Shown one piece after another: positions 48,107 to 57,716 of a stretch of DNA of 64,000 nucleotides. The translations under genes were made by a program, and so were the position numbers. This DNA is from Candidatus Woesearchaeota archaeon (lineage in GTDB: Archaea; Nanobdellota; Nanobdellia; Woesearchaeales; ARS49), in NCBI GenBank assembly GCA_014729505.1, contig WJJS01000001.1:12938-76937 (forward strand), read 5' to 3'. Position 1 is the first letter of the stretch; each line of letters opens with the position of its first letter. The notes under the pieces were generated by a model. It searched no databases and was not told where the DNA came from. It saw only the letters and a list, made by a program, of their open reading frames with translations.

Positions 48107-50149
48107 CTACTGTAAGCGACTGACATTCTCATATTTCGAGATGGACACTACATGATCTGCAAAACTCTCAATCTTTCGCTCATGACTTACAATAATTACT
48201 TGGTCAAGCTCAAGAGAGTCAAGGACCTCGCGCAAACGATCAAGCTGCTGGGACGAAAAACCATCGGTGGGCTCGTCAAGAATCAGCACATCCCTCGTCT
48301 TAATAGTAGTAATCAAGTTATTAATGACCTTAGTTAGCGCAAGACGATACGCGAGCGCACAAGCGGTACGCTCACCGCCACTCAAATTATCAATCGTTGT
48401 CTCATAACCATTTTGCTCAATAATAGGTGTGAACTCATCATCAAGACGTGCAGAAAACAAATCATCATCAACAAGAGCCGCAAACCACTCGGCAAACAAA
48501 TCATTAAAATTGTGATAAATACGCGCTAACACCTGCTTTTCAATATCCTGCATGAGCGGAATAAAATAACGCGACAACCAGTCACGCGTTTGAGAAACAT
48601 AACGCATCTTCTTTTGAGCCTTCACCTTTTCCTCGATCTCCTTATCAAGCGAATCAATTGTTTGAGAGAGAAGATCAGCTCGCTGAGCAAGCGCCGCAAC
48701 ACGCGCATGCAATTCCTGAAACGCACTAAGAGCAGTATCAAGACGTTTTTTCACCTCCTGCATCGCTTCAGGAACACCAGGAGTAATACGTTGACGCAAA
48801 AGTGCCAGTTCGTTCTTATGATCTTTTTCCAAGGTCATGAACTTCTCCAAGCGGGACTTCAATGTGAGAAGTTCCTTTTCTTGCTCTTGGCGCTGCGCAA
48901 CCTTTGCACGAACTTGCGCTTGAGCCTTTTCCTTTTCAAACATTTCTTGCAGCGCGGACCGAATATCCGAACACCTTTTTTCCAACTGTTCTTTTTGCTC
49001 CTTTTGCGACAATATCTTATCCTGCATACGCTGCAATTTTTGAGACTCCCGCTCAGCAATATTTTGCTTATGCTCTACAGACACGTTCTGCAAACAAGTC
49101 GGGCACTGAGACAAATTATTAATCGCCTGCTTCAACTCCTCGCTCTGCGAGATATGAGTACTACACACGGTGAGTCGCTCACGCACAGATGTTAATTCCT
49201 GCTCGACACTCTTTTGCTCCTCTTCGATCTTTTTGCGCTGCTCAGCAAGCTTCTCCTCGGTCAAGTGAGGCTCCAAAGGCACAGACACTGCCTGTGTCAA
49301 CACCGCGATACGAGAACGAAGATCCTCAGAAAATTGCGAAGTCTGAACGCATTTCTCTTCGAGAAGACGAATTTTTGTAATAAGTTCTTGTTGTTCTTTT
49401 GCAACGCGTTCCCTTTCTGCCACTTCCTTTTTTATCGTCTCAACCACTTGAAACGCAGAATCCTTTTGCGCCTTGACATCACGAAGCGATGCGATAGTGT
49501 GCGCATGATCCTTCTTCTTTTCTTGGAGTCCTTGTTGTTTTACAACAATATCCTTTGTAAACCCTTCAAGGTTGCGCTGCTTGTCACGAAGCGTGCGCAG
49601 GTAAGGCTGCGCATTATCACAAATACGCTTATACTTGTCAATATCAAAGATCTTTCGAAGCACATTAATCCTTGTCTCAGCACTCTCAGTCAAAATCCGC
49701 TTCATCTGCTCTTGAGGAGTATAAACCGTATACCGGTAAATCAACGTTTTACTCTTTGTCAGCATATCTTGAGGGTAGCCAAGCAAGTCAAGAATGCGCA
49801 CCTTGAGTTCAGTAGGAGTCAAATTATGCACGACACCATCAATAATAAGCACGCCTTCATCTTGATCAACAGTTCCTCGAGACGCTTTTAGAGATCGCTT
49901 GATAAACACATGCTGACCGTTCACGTTGAACTCGAGCGTCACAGATCCCTTTTTTGTACCATGACGAAGCAAAGCATTACCTGATAACATACCCCGAAGA
50001 ATGCCAAACAATGAAAACTCAATTGCGAGAAGAACCGTAGATTTGCCAGCACCAATATCGCCCTGCAACAATACCTTTCCTTGAGAAAATGATAACTTCT
50101 CATTAACATAAGAACGGATATTTTCCAGTTGTAAAGAGAGCAATCGCAT
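48107..50149 (-). CDS. rad50: DNA double-strand break repair ATPase Rad50
   Basis: Walker A QGDIGAGKST, a long coiled coil with zinc-hook CPTC, signature LSGGERTACALAYRLAL and Walker B ILDEPTDGFS. The start was chosen at MRLLSLQLENIRSY. Confidence 0.85.
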   Translation of the reverse strand: MRLLSLQLENIRSYVNEKLSFSQGKVLLQGDIGAGKSTVLLAIEFSLFGILRGMLSGNALLRHGTKKGSVTLEFNVNGQHVFIKRSLKASRGTVDQDEGVLIIDGVVHNLTPTELKVRILDLLGYPQDMLTKSKTLIYRYTVYTPQEQMKRILTESAETRINVLRKIFDIDKYKRICDNAQPYLRTLRDKQRNLEGFTKDIVVKQQGLQEKKKDHAHTIASLRDVKAQKDSAFQVVETIKKEVAERERVAKEQQELITKIRLLEEKCVQTSQFSEDLRSRIAVLTQAVSVPLEPHLTEEKLAEQRKKIEEEQKSVEQELTSVRERLTVCSTHISQSEELKQAINNLSQCPTCLQNVSVEHKQNIAERESQKLQRMQDKILSQKEQKEQLEKRCSDIRSALQEMFEKEKAQAQVRAKVAQRQEQEKELLTLKSRLEKFMTLEKDHKNELALLRQRITPGVPEAMQEVKKRLDTALSAFQELHARVAALAQRADLLSQTIDSLDKEIEEKVKAQKKMRYVSQTRDWLSRYFIPLMQDIEKQVLARIYHNFNDLFAEWFAALVDDDLFSARLDDEFTPIIEQNGYETTIDNLSGGERTACALAYRLALTKVINNLITTIKTRDVLILDEPTDGFSSQQLDRLREVLDSLELDQVIIVSHERKIESFADHVVSISKYENVSRLQ

Positions 50150-50195
50150 AGTAAGAGGAAGAGGCAAAAGAGTATATAAGCACTGTTGGCGAGAA

Positions 50196-51122
50196 CTATA
50201 TATCTTTTGGCACCACAAACTGTCTATGGTGTTCAAGAGCAGTAATGAAGCGTTTTATTCTGTCAATACTAAGGTCTGATTGTCCAAACTGTCGACGAAG
50301 AGTCACCGACAAGACCGTGCCGCGCTCGTAACGACAGGTACTAGTATCAGTGAAAAAATAGTACTTGCCGTTAATCTTTTTTAGAGCGATAAGATGATGA
50401 TGTGCGCCATCCTTACAAAGCCATATCGGTCTTTTATGATTAAGATCAGAATACCACTGCGTAATTGAATCAACAACAACGTCGAGCTTCACTTTTTGAA
50501 CCTGTTGCAGGGTCTTAAAGAATTTTGGAGCGTGCTTTCTAATAGCTGCACGATTTCTTGTGTTCATGGCCCTAGAAAGAGCACAGGCAGCAGAACAAGG
50601 AGTGTGAGAGATAAAAGGAAATTTTCTCATCAGTTTCTCACGACGGGAAAAATACTCGTAATACGAATATTTCTTTTCAAGATACTTCTCTTCTTGCTCA
50701 CGAATAAACTCCCGAACACAACAAGCAGGATACCCATACAGTTTGCCAGCAATTTTATGAGCTGCTGTTTGACGGCCGCGCTTTATTTCAGACAAATAGT
50801 TCTCAAAAAGCTTTTTCTGCTTTTTTGAAGAAAAAACGTCAAAACCGTACCACGTACCTGCCATTTCCCACTCAATAATATTCTTATGAATACGCGCAAT
50901 CTGTTCAAACGATTTAGGATGGCTCACAGAGAAAAGACAGTTATTTTCCTGCAGATGAAACTGGAAATGCCTGCGCTCATCCAAAGTTGTGGGCGTGATA
51001 CGAAACTGAAGATAGGTAGCAGGCTTTAAACCTGCGGCAAAAAGAAGCAAACGCATACGCGCAGCAGTATCAAGGGCAGGCGTATCCTCTGCAAAGTCAA
51101 GAAACCTCCTCTTTTTATCCAT
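50196..51122 (-). CDS. Hypothetical protein immediately upstream of rad50 (not a recognisable Mre11)
   Basis: 308 aa with no metallophosphoesterase motifs. It contains YGYPACCVREF. Confidence 0.4.
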   Translation of the reverse strand: MDKKRRFLDFAEDTPALDTAARMRLLLFAAGLKPATYLQFRITPTTLDERRHFQFHLQENNCLFSVSHPKSFEQIARIHKNIIEWEMAGTWYGFDVFSSKKQKKLFENYLSEIKRGRQTAAHKIAGKLYGYPACCVREFIREQEEKYLEKKYSYYEYFSRREKLMRKFPFISHTPCSAACALSRAMNTRNRAAIRKHAPKFFKTLQQVQKVKLDVVVDSITQWYSDLNHKRPIWLCKDGAHHHLIALKKINGKYYFFTDTSTCRYERGTVLSVTLRRQFGQSDLSIDRIKRFITALEHHRQFVVPKDI

Positions 51123-51199
51123 GATCAGTGGTACGACAACGCAGTATATATTTGTTTTGGACCAAAAAGTTTAAGAATCCATTAAAAATCAATTGTCAC

Positions 51200-52063
51200 A
51201 TGAAATTTCTCGCCATCGGTGATCTGCACGGCGCCATACCAAAGATTCACTTCAAGAATTTTCAGGCGGTTATTGCGCCAGGAGACTTTTGTTCAGATGC
51301 ACCACGACAATACATGTTTCAAGCATTACAATATAATTTGTCACATCCCACAAAAAAAGAAAAACAATGGTATGATATTGTAGGCAAACGCAAAGCAAAA
51401 GCAATGATTGAACAAAGCCTTGCAGACGGCAGAGTCATAGTAGAACGACTCAACGCTCTGAACGTACCTGTATATGTCGTACCAGGAAACTGGGACTGGA
51501 CACCAAAAGATGACAGCGATTGGCATTATTACAGAAAGCATCACTGGACAGCACTTCTTGAAGGATTAGAAAATATAATCGATTGCCATCATCGCCTCGT
51601 CGATGCAGGAACATTTGATATCATAGGACACGGCATTATTTCAGGACCGGAATATCCGCAACACAAAAAAGATCAACAACAACTCACTGCAAAACAACGA
51701 AAAGAAAAACGACGCGAGTACGACAGACAATATCGCAAACTGGACCGTTTATTTCAGCAATCACAAAAACCAGTACTTTTTATTTCTCACAATGTGCCTT
51801 ATGGCACGCCATTTGACAAGATCAACAATCCGTCCTCGCCACGAGACGGAGAACACGTAGGGTCAGTACTTGCAAGAAGAATGAGTCTCAAATATTCGCC
51901 GCTGCTAGGCATCGCAGGACACATGCACGAATATTTTGGCAAGTGCAGACTTGGAAAAACAACGTGGATTGATACCGGTTTTGGCTCAGATGTCAATGTA
52001 GCAATTGACGCAGCACCGCGAAAAATCCGTAAGATAGTTTTCAAAGGGAACACTGCAGTATAA
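51200..52063 (+). CDS. Calcineurin-like metallophosphoesterase (Mre11/SbcD-related fold); motif III is GNWD, not GNHD
   Basis: LAIGDLHG, APGDFCSD, VVPGNWD and GHMHEYFG motifs. It is divergent to the rad50 operon. Confidence 0.55.
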   Translation: MKFLAIGDLHGAIPKIHFKNFQAVIAPGDFCSDAPRQYMFQALQYNLSHPTKKEKQWYDIVGKRKAKAMIEQSLADGRVIVERLNALNVPVYVVPGNWDWTPKDDSDWHYYRKHHWTALLEGLENIIDCHHRLVDAGTFDIIGHGIISGPEYPQHKKDQQQLTAKQRKEKRREYDRQYRKLDRLFQQSQKPVLFISHNVPYGTPFDKINNPSSPRDGEHVGSVLARRMSLKYSPLLGIAGHMHEYFGKCRLGKTTWIDTGFGSDVNVAIDAAPRKIRKIVFKGNTAV

Positions 52064-52123
52064 AACGCCCCAACTTTTTTATAGATCCAGACCTCCAAAG
52101 AAAAATAAGATAAAAAAACACAG

Positions 52124-52525
52124 GTGAAGCTAATGAAACTCGATAAGAAACACGAAATTGCACTTCAAGAAGTCGCAGACGCGCATTTTGCTCTTCAACA
52201 GCGATTAAACGAAATCGTCTTTTTAGAAGGTGCAAAACTCTTTGAACCAATAAAAGACATGAGTCTTGATCCGGGCGACATCGTCAAGATTGAAAACCAA
52301 CTCTTTAAACTCCTCGAACAGTACCCTGAATTCAACGGATACCTTGATGCAAGAAAAAAAGCACTGCCCGCCATGCTCGATTTAATGACTAAAATGAAAA
52401 AGGCAAAAAAAGACGATTGGAAACAACTTGTCGAGACAGAACTGGGATTGGAGATTTCTAAAGGAGTACGACTCATGGCAAGCAAAATGGGCATCTCCTA
52501 CGGTTCAAAAGTGTACATCCAGTGA
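52124..52525 (+). CDS. Hypothetical protein
   Basis: 133-aa ORF. Confidence 0.35.
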   Translation: MKLMKLDKKHEIALQEVADAHFALQQRLNEIVFLEGAKLFEPIKDMSLDPGDIVKIENQLFKLLEQYPEFNGYLDARKKALPAMLDLMTKMKKAKKDDWKQLVETELGLEISKGVRLMASKMGISYGSKVYIQ

Positions 52526-53574
52526 AACGAATCGTAGTTGTTGGCGGCGGATTTGCAGGAGCATATATCTGCAAAAAACTCGAAAACGCATTCGATGTCA
52601 CACTCATCGATACAAAAAACTATTTCGAATTTACGCCTTCCATTCTGCGATGTTTAGTTGAACCAGACCATCTACGAAAAATACAAGCACTGCACAGAGA
52701 GTATCTTGCAAAAACCACTGTATTGCAGGACACGGTTATTTCCATACCTCAACTGGAATGCAAAAAAAACCGTGAAGTACGTACAAACTCACAAACGTAC
52801 GGTTACGATTATCTCGTACTCTGCACAGGATCATCGTATAGTCTGCCAATAAAAGACCGAGAAGTCATAGCGGCAACGAGAGCAGAAGAACTAACACGTT
52901 ATCATCGCAGGCTTGAAAAATCAAAAAGTGTTCTTGTCATTGGAGGAGGACTTGCAGGTGTTGAAATGGCAGCAGAACTCTGCACTGTCTTTGCAGATAA
53001 AGCAATTATTCTGGCAGACTCCCATAACGTCCTAATGAGTCGCGCACCAAAAAAAGCACAACAATACGCACAACGATTTTTAGAAAAATACGACGTAGAA
53101 CTTATCTTTGGAGAACGAGTAAAGGAACACAAAAAAGGAGCATTCATCTGTGAGAGCGGCCGCCGCATTAGCGCAGACTTTGCCATACTCTGTACAGGCA
53201 TCAAGCCAAACTTTGATTATCTAAAAGAACACAAAAAAGTGCTGAGCAAACGAAAATATGTCAACGTCAAAGACACACTACAAATCAAAGGACACCCATG
53301 TATTTTTGCAGCAGGCGATATTACGGCAATAAAAGAAGAAAAAACAGCACAAAACGCAGAAGAACACGCAAAAATTGTGGTCAAAAATATTATGAACCTG
53401 GAAAAAGGCGAAACATTACAGCACTACGAGTCCAAGAAGCGCACAATGGTCATCAGTCTTGGAAAACATAATGGAATACTGATCAAGAAAAAATGCGTCT
53501 GGACAGGACTACTGCCAGGACTTCTCAAACGAGCAATAGAGAAAAAAACAATGTGGCGTTATCGATATTTGTAG
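52522..53574 (+). CDS. FAD/NAD(P)-binding oxidoreductase, NDH-2 or pyridine nucleotide-disulfide family
   Basis: RIVVVGGGFAGAY at the N-terminus and VLVIGGGLAGVEMAAEL as a second Rossmann motif. Confidence 0.7.
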   Translation: MKRIVVVGGGFAGAYICKKLENAFDVTLIDTKNYFEFTPSILRCLVEPDHLRKIQALHREYLAKTTVLQDTVISIPQLECKKNREVRTNSQTYGYDYLVLCTGSSYSLPIKDREVIAATRAEELTRYHRRLEKSKSVLVIGGGLAGVEMAAELCTVFADKAIILADSHNVLMSRAPKKAQQYAQRFLEKYDVELIFGERVKEHKKGAFICESGRRISADFAILCTGIKPNFDYLKEHKKVLSKRKYVNVKDTLQIKGHPCIFAAGDITAIKEEKTAQNAEEHAKIVVKNIMNLEKGETLQHYESKKRTMVISLGKHNGILIKKKCVWTGLLPGLLKRAIEKKTMWRYRYL

Positions 53575-53901
53575 TAACAGTAGTTTTTTTTTTCGAGAAT
53601 ACAGGTTGTTGCGTTACAGGTTATACCTCAAGCCAGTACCAGAATTTTCTACCGTAGCGCTTATCGCAGCCCTGATGGTAGTTGTTGGAGGTTTCTTGAT
53701 AGTAAGGCGGCAAGCTTAAGGATTTTGGCCTAATCCGCTCAATTTTGGCCCGTTATCACCAACTAGGCCTTAAAAAGGGTAAGATTTATAAACCCCCTCA
53801 AGTTTTTTTGGAAAAAATGGCGGGTAGACATAATTCTCACTGAACTGCAAACTATGTGAGTGAGACGTCTATCACACGTGAGGAGTCATAATGACCCTTG
53901 C

Positions 53902-54025
53902 GCCCTGGTAGTGTAGTGGCCTATCATGAAGCCCTGTCGAGACGAAAACCGTCGCATAAAGGCTTCGACCCGGGTTCAAAGACGGCGTCGGGTTAACCGA
54001 TCCGCTGAAATTCCCGGCCAGGGCG
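53902..54025 (+). tRNA. tRNA-Asp (GTC) with two introns: 20 nt at 37/38 and 30 nt in the T-loop (59/60)
   Basis: The exons read GCCCTGG TA GTGT AGTGGCCTA TCAT G AAGCC CTGTCG|...|A GGCTT CGAC CCGGG TTCAAA|...|T CCCGG CCAGGGC G. They are near-identical to a typical archaeal tRNA-Asp. Confidence 0.7.
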
Positions 54026-54063
54026 TGTGCTCAGCATCCAGCATGCTGGGAGTATACAACAAA

Positions 54064-54179
54064 GGGCCGGTAGCTCAGCCTGGTAGAGCACCTGACTTTT
54101 ATGAAAGTCAAGGACATCAGGTGGTCGCGAGTTCAAAACGATCCCGCGTATGCGGTTCGTGAACGTCTCGTCCGGCCCA
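54064..54179 (+). tRNA. tRNA-Lys (TTT) with two introns: ~14 nt at 37/38 and ~28 nt in the T-loop (59/60)
   Basis: GGGCCGG TA GCTC AGCCTGGTA GAGC A CCTGA CTTTTA|...|A TCAGG TGGTC GCGAG TTCAAA|...|T CTCGT CCGGCCC A. Confidence 0.65.
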
Positions 54180-54187
54180 TTTTTACT

Positions 54188-54433
54188 ATGGCAAAAACAA
54201 CCTTCGACGTATCCAAACACGTGCTTGTACCAAAGCACAAAAAGGTGAGTGAAAAGGAGAAAAAAGAATTACAAGAGCGATACTCCCCCTCACTAAAAGA
54301 ACTGCCGCGCATCCTACAAAACGATCCTGCAATACAACATCTCGACATCAAAGAGAACGACGTTATCAAGATCGAACGCAAAAGCATGACTGCAGGAACG
54401 ATCACTTTCTATCGGAGGGTATCGAATGGTTGA
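54188..54433 (+). CDS. rpoH: DNA-directed RNA polymerase subunit H (Rpo5)
   Basis: MAKTTFDVSKHVLVPKHKKVSEKEKKELQERY...DVIKIERKSMTAGTITFYRRV. The track ORF start at 54101 overlaps tRNA-Lys, so the ATG at 54188 was chosen. Confidence 0.8.
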   Translation: MAKTTFDVSKHVLVPKHKKVSEKEKKELQERYSPSLKELPRILQNDPAIQHLDIKENDVIKIERKSMTAGTITFYRRVSNG

Positions 54434-55910
54434 TCAAACACGACTCATTTTACAAAAATTCTTTGAAGAACACAGCTTTGTAGAAAGCGATATTGAATCA
54501 TTCAACCAATTCGTTGACCAACAATTACAGGAAATCATTGACGAAAACAGAGTAATTGAACCTGCGATTATCCCACCGAACGTTGAAAGCTTCAAAATAC
54601 GACTCGACAAAGTATGGGTAACAAAACCAGAAATTACCGAAGCAGACGGCTCGAAACGAATGGTTTATCCGCAAGAAGCAAGACTTCGAAAACTCAGTTA
54701 CGCAGCACCCATCTATCTGGAGATAAGTTCTCACATCAATGACGTACAACGAGAAACGTTTACGACACAAATAGGCAACCTGCCCATTATGCTCAAGAGC
54801 AATTACTGCCACCTCAATAGGTTAAACAGAGACGAACTCTTTGCCAAAGGAGAAGATCCTGATGATCCTGGCGGATACTTCATTATCAACGGTACAGAAA
54901 GAGTACTCGTCAATATTGAAGACCTGGGAGCAAACCGTTTTCTCGTCGAGCGTACGGGAGGAGTATCAAAATACACCGGCAAACTATTCAGTGAAGCGGG
55001 ATCGTACAAAATACCTCACATGATCGAAAGACTCAAAGACGGCATCTTCTACCTCTCATTTACACGAGTAAAACGCATACCGCTGATACTCGTACTCAAA
55101 GCTCTTGGTTTGACAAAAGATGAAGATATCGTACGAACAGTCTCAGACAAAAAACAATACGATGAAGTCCTCATTAACATTTTCGAATACGTCGGTGTAA
55201 AAAATGCAGAAGACGCAATCGATACAATGGCCAAAAAAATTGGCATCACACAAACAAAGGACATACGATTACAACGCATGAGCGAAATCATCGATCGATT
55301 CCTCTTGCCACACCTAGGAACAGAAAAAAGCGACCGCATCAAAAAAGCACATAACTTATGCAAAATGGTGCGCAAGTTTATCGATGTATCAAATGGCAAA
55401 ATGCGAACAGATGACAAAGATCATTATCTCAATAAACGAGTAAAAATGAGCGGCGATCTCCTGGCAGATCTATTGCGCACAAACATCAAAGTACTCATCA
55501 GCGATCTGCTTTACAACTTTCAGCGCATCGTCAAAAGAGGAAAATTTCCAAGCATCAAAGTAATCATCAGAGACCAACTACTCACCATGAGAATATACGG
55601 AGCGATGGCTACAGGAAACTGGGTTGGGGGACGAAAAGGAATAAGCCAACGAATACAACGAACAAACCATCTCAACACCATCAGCTATCTTCAAAAGGTA
55701 GTATCACCACTTTCAACATCACAGGAAAACTTCCTAGCACGTGAACTTCATGCTACACATTTAGGACGACTCTGTCCAAGTGAAACGCCGGAAGGAACAA
55801 ACATCGGGCTACGAAAGAATCTAGCACTACTTGCTTCTGTAAGTAAAGAAGGCAATGAAGAAGAAGTGCACAAAGCATTGCAAGGATTAGGGCTGCGAGG
55901 TTTTGAGTAA
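54426..55910 (+). CDS. rpoB2: DNA-directed RNA polymerase subunit B'' (Rpo2 N-terminal part)
   Basis: 494 aa. Its start overlaps the rpoH stop. Typical B'' N-terminal motifs are present. Confidence 0.9.
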   Translation: MVDQTRLILQKFFEEHSFVESDIESFNQFVDQQLQEIIDENRVIEPAIIPPNVESFKIRLDKVWVTKPEITEADGSKRMVYPQEARLRKLSYAAPIYLEISSHINDVQRETFTTQIGNLPIMLKSNYCHLNRLNRDELFAKGEDPDDPGGYFIINGTERVLVNIEDLGANRFLVERTGGVSKYTGKLFSEAGSYKIPHMIERLKDGIFYLSFTRVKRIPLILVLKALGLTKDEDIVRTVSDKKQYDEVLINIFEYVGVKNAEDAIDTMAKKIGITQTKDIRLQRMSEIIDRFLLPHLGTEKSDRIKKAHNLCKMVRKFIDVSNGKMRTDDKDHYLNKRVKMSGDLLADLLRTNIKVLISDLLYNFQRIVKRGKFPSIKVIIRDQLLTMRIYGAMATGNWVGGRKGISQRIQRTNHLNTISYLQKVVSPLSTSQENFLARELHATHLGRLCPSETPEGTNIGLRKNLALLASVSKEGNEEEVHKALQGLGLRGFE

Positions 55911-57716
55911 ATGGCAACAGAAGTATTTCTCAACGGAAAATATGTCGGTACCGTCGACAATCACAGGGATTTTTTAGACTCGCTCAAGACAGAACGACGA
56001 CGAGGAGCAATCAGTAACAACGTCAATGTACAATACGAAGAACACCTTGATCGCATCCATGTGGAAACCACCAGAGGTCGAACGAGACGACCACTCATCG
56101 TTGTACAAGACGGAAAAAGTCTTATCACCGATGAGATAATCCAACAACTGCAAAAAGGAGAACTCACCTGGAATAATCTAGTGGAGAAAGGTATTATCGA
56201 ATACCTTGATGCAGCAGAAGAAGAAAACGCACTCGTAGCGTTTTACGAAAGAGAACTCACACCATCACACACCCACCTGGAAGTCTCACCATTAGCAATG
56301 TTTGGACTTGTCACATCAATGGTTCCCTACGGCAATTTCAGTCAATCAGCACGATTACTCATTGGAGCAAAAAATCAAAAATACGGAATAGGACTGTACA
56401 CGGCAAACTATCTTCACCGTCTAGATATGGATGTCAATATTCTTCACTACCCGCAAATGCCCATAGTACAATCACTCACACATGGCATATCACGAAATGA
56501 AAAACACCCTGCAGGGCAAAACGTTGTCGTCGCAGTCATGAGCTACAAAGGATACAACATTGAAGACGCAATAATCATCAACAAAGGCAGTGTCGATTTC
56601 GGCTTTGCACGATCTACCTATTTTCGACCGGCAGTTGCAGAAGAACTACGCTACAGCGGAGGACTCACAGACCAGGTCAGTGTGCCGGACAAAGAAGTCA
56701 AAGGCTACAAGTCAGAACGCGATTATCGACATTTAGAAGATGATGGAATAGTATATCCAGAAGCGGTTGTCGGACCAGAAGATGTCATTATCGGAAAAAC
56801 AAGTCCGCCACGATTCCTTTCCTCGCTCGACGAGTACAGCCTTGCAGGAAACATACGACGTGAAAGCTCAGTAGGTCTTAAACACGGAGAAAACGGCGTG
56901 GTCGACTTTGTTGTGCTTACAGAAAACGGAGAAGGAAACAAACTCGTACAAGTCAGACTGCGCGATCAACGATTGCCAGAAATCGGTGACAAATTCACAA
57001 GCCGCGCAGGACAAAAAGGAATAGTCGGACTCATTGTTCCAGAAGCGGATCTTCCTTTCACATCAAACGGTATGACGCCAGACATTATCTTCAGTCCACA
57101 CTCCATACCCGGACGTATGACCGTATCACACTTACTGGAAATGCTCGGCGGAAAAACAGGAGCTCTTGGAGCGCGAAAAGTTGATGCAACATCCTTTAGT
57201 CCAGAACCGGAAGAGCGCATACGACAAGAACTGCTCAGTTTAGGATTCCGTGAAGACGGCACAGAAACACTCTACAATGGTCAGACAGGAGAACGCATAC
57301 AAGCAAAAATCTATGTCGGCTCCATGTACTACCTAAAACTACGACACCTCGTCGCAAACAGAATACAATCACGTGCAAGAGGACCAATACAACTCCTTAC
57401 AAGACAACCAACAGAAGGACGTGCAAAAGAAGGAGGACTTCGACTGGGAGAAATGGAAAAGGACACGCTTGTTGCTCACGGTGCATCACTACTCCTCAAA
57501 GAACGATTTGACTCTGACCAAACACTTGTACCAGTCTGTGAAAGCTGCGGAGTCATAGCAATTCATGACAGTGTAAAAAACAAACGACATTGCCCAATCT
57601 GCGGAGAAGGAGTCGAAGTCTCAGATATCGAGATAAGCTATGCATTCAAACTCATACTGGACGAATTCAAAAGCCTAGGATTATATCCAAAAATGATATT
57701 GGAGAGTAAATACTAA
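55911..57716 (+). CDS. rpoB1: DNA-directed RNA polymerase subunit B' (Rpo2 C-terminal part)
   Basis: 601 aa. GDKFTSRAGQKG motifs and the C-terminal zinc ribbon CESCG...CPICG. Confidence 0.9.
   Translation: MATEVFLNGKYVGTVDNHRDFLDSLKTERRRGAISNNVNVQYEEHLDRIHVETTRGRTRRPLIVVQDGKSLITDEIIQQLQKGELTWNNLVEKGIIEYLDAAEEENALVAFYERELTPSHTHLEVSPLAMFGLVTSMVPYGNFSQSARLLIGAKNQKYGIGLYTANYLHRLDMDVNILHYPQMPIVQSLTHGISRNEKHPAGQNVVVAVMSYKGYNIEDAIIINKGSVDFGFARSTYFRPAVAEELRYSGGLTDQVSVPDKEVKGYKSERDYRHLEDDGIVYPEAVVGPEDVIIGKTSPPRFLSSLDEYSLAGNIRRESSVGLKHGENGVVDFVVLTENGEGNKLVQVRLRDQRLPEIGDKFTSRAGQKGIVGLIVPEADLPFTSNGMTPDIIFSPHSIPGRMTVSHLLEMLGGKTGALGARKVDATSFSPEPEERIRQELLSLGFREDGTETLYNGQTGERIQAKIYVGSMYYLKLRHLVANRIQSRARGPIQLLTRQPTEGRAKEGGLRLGEMEKDTLVAHGASLLLKERFDSDQTLVPVCESCGVIAIHDSVKNKRHCPICGEGVEVSDIEISYAFKLILDEFKSLGLYPKMILESKY

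Noticed and set aside
48590-49891. Two + strand ORFs (201 aa and 225 aa)
   Set aside because: They are antisense to rad50. The L/R-rich translations are typical of the reverse strand of a coiled-coil gene.
53580-53880. Possible structured ncRNA (SRP RNA or RNase P RNA) in the moderately GC-rich gap before tRNA-Asp
   Set aside because: I could not find the conserved SRP domain IV or RNase P P4 sequence motifs by eye, and there is no support beyond location.
53926-54162. 78-aa ORF
   Set aside because: It overlaps tRNA-Asp and tRNA-Lys. This region is explained by the two intron-containing tRNA genes.
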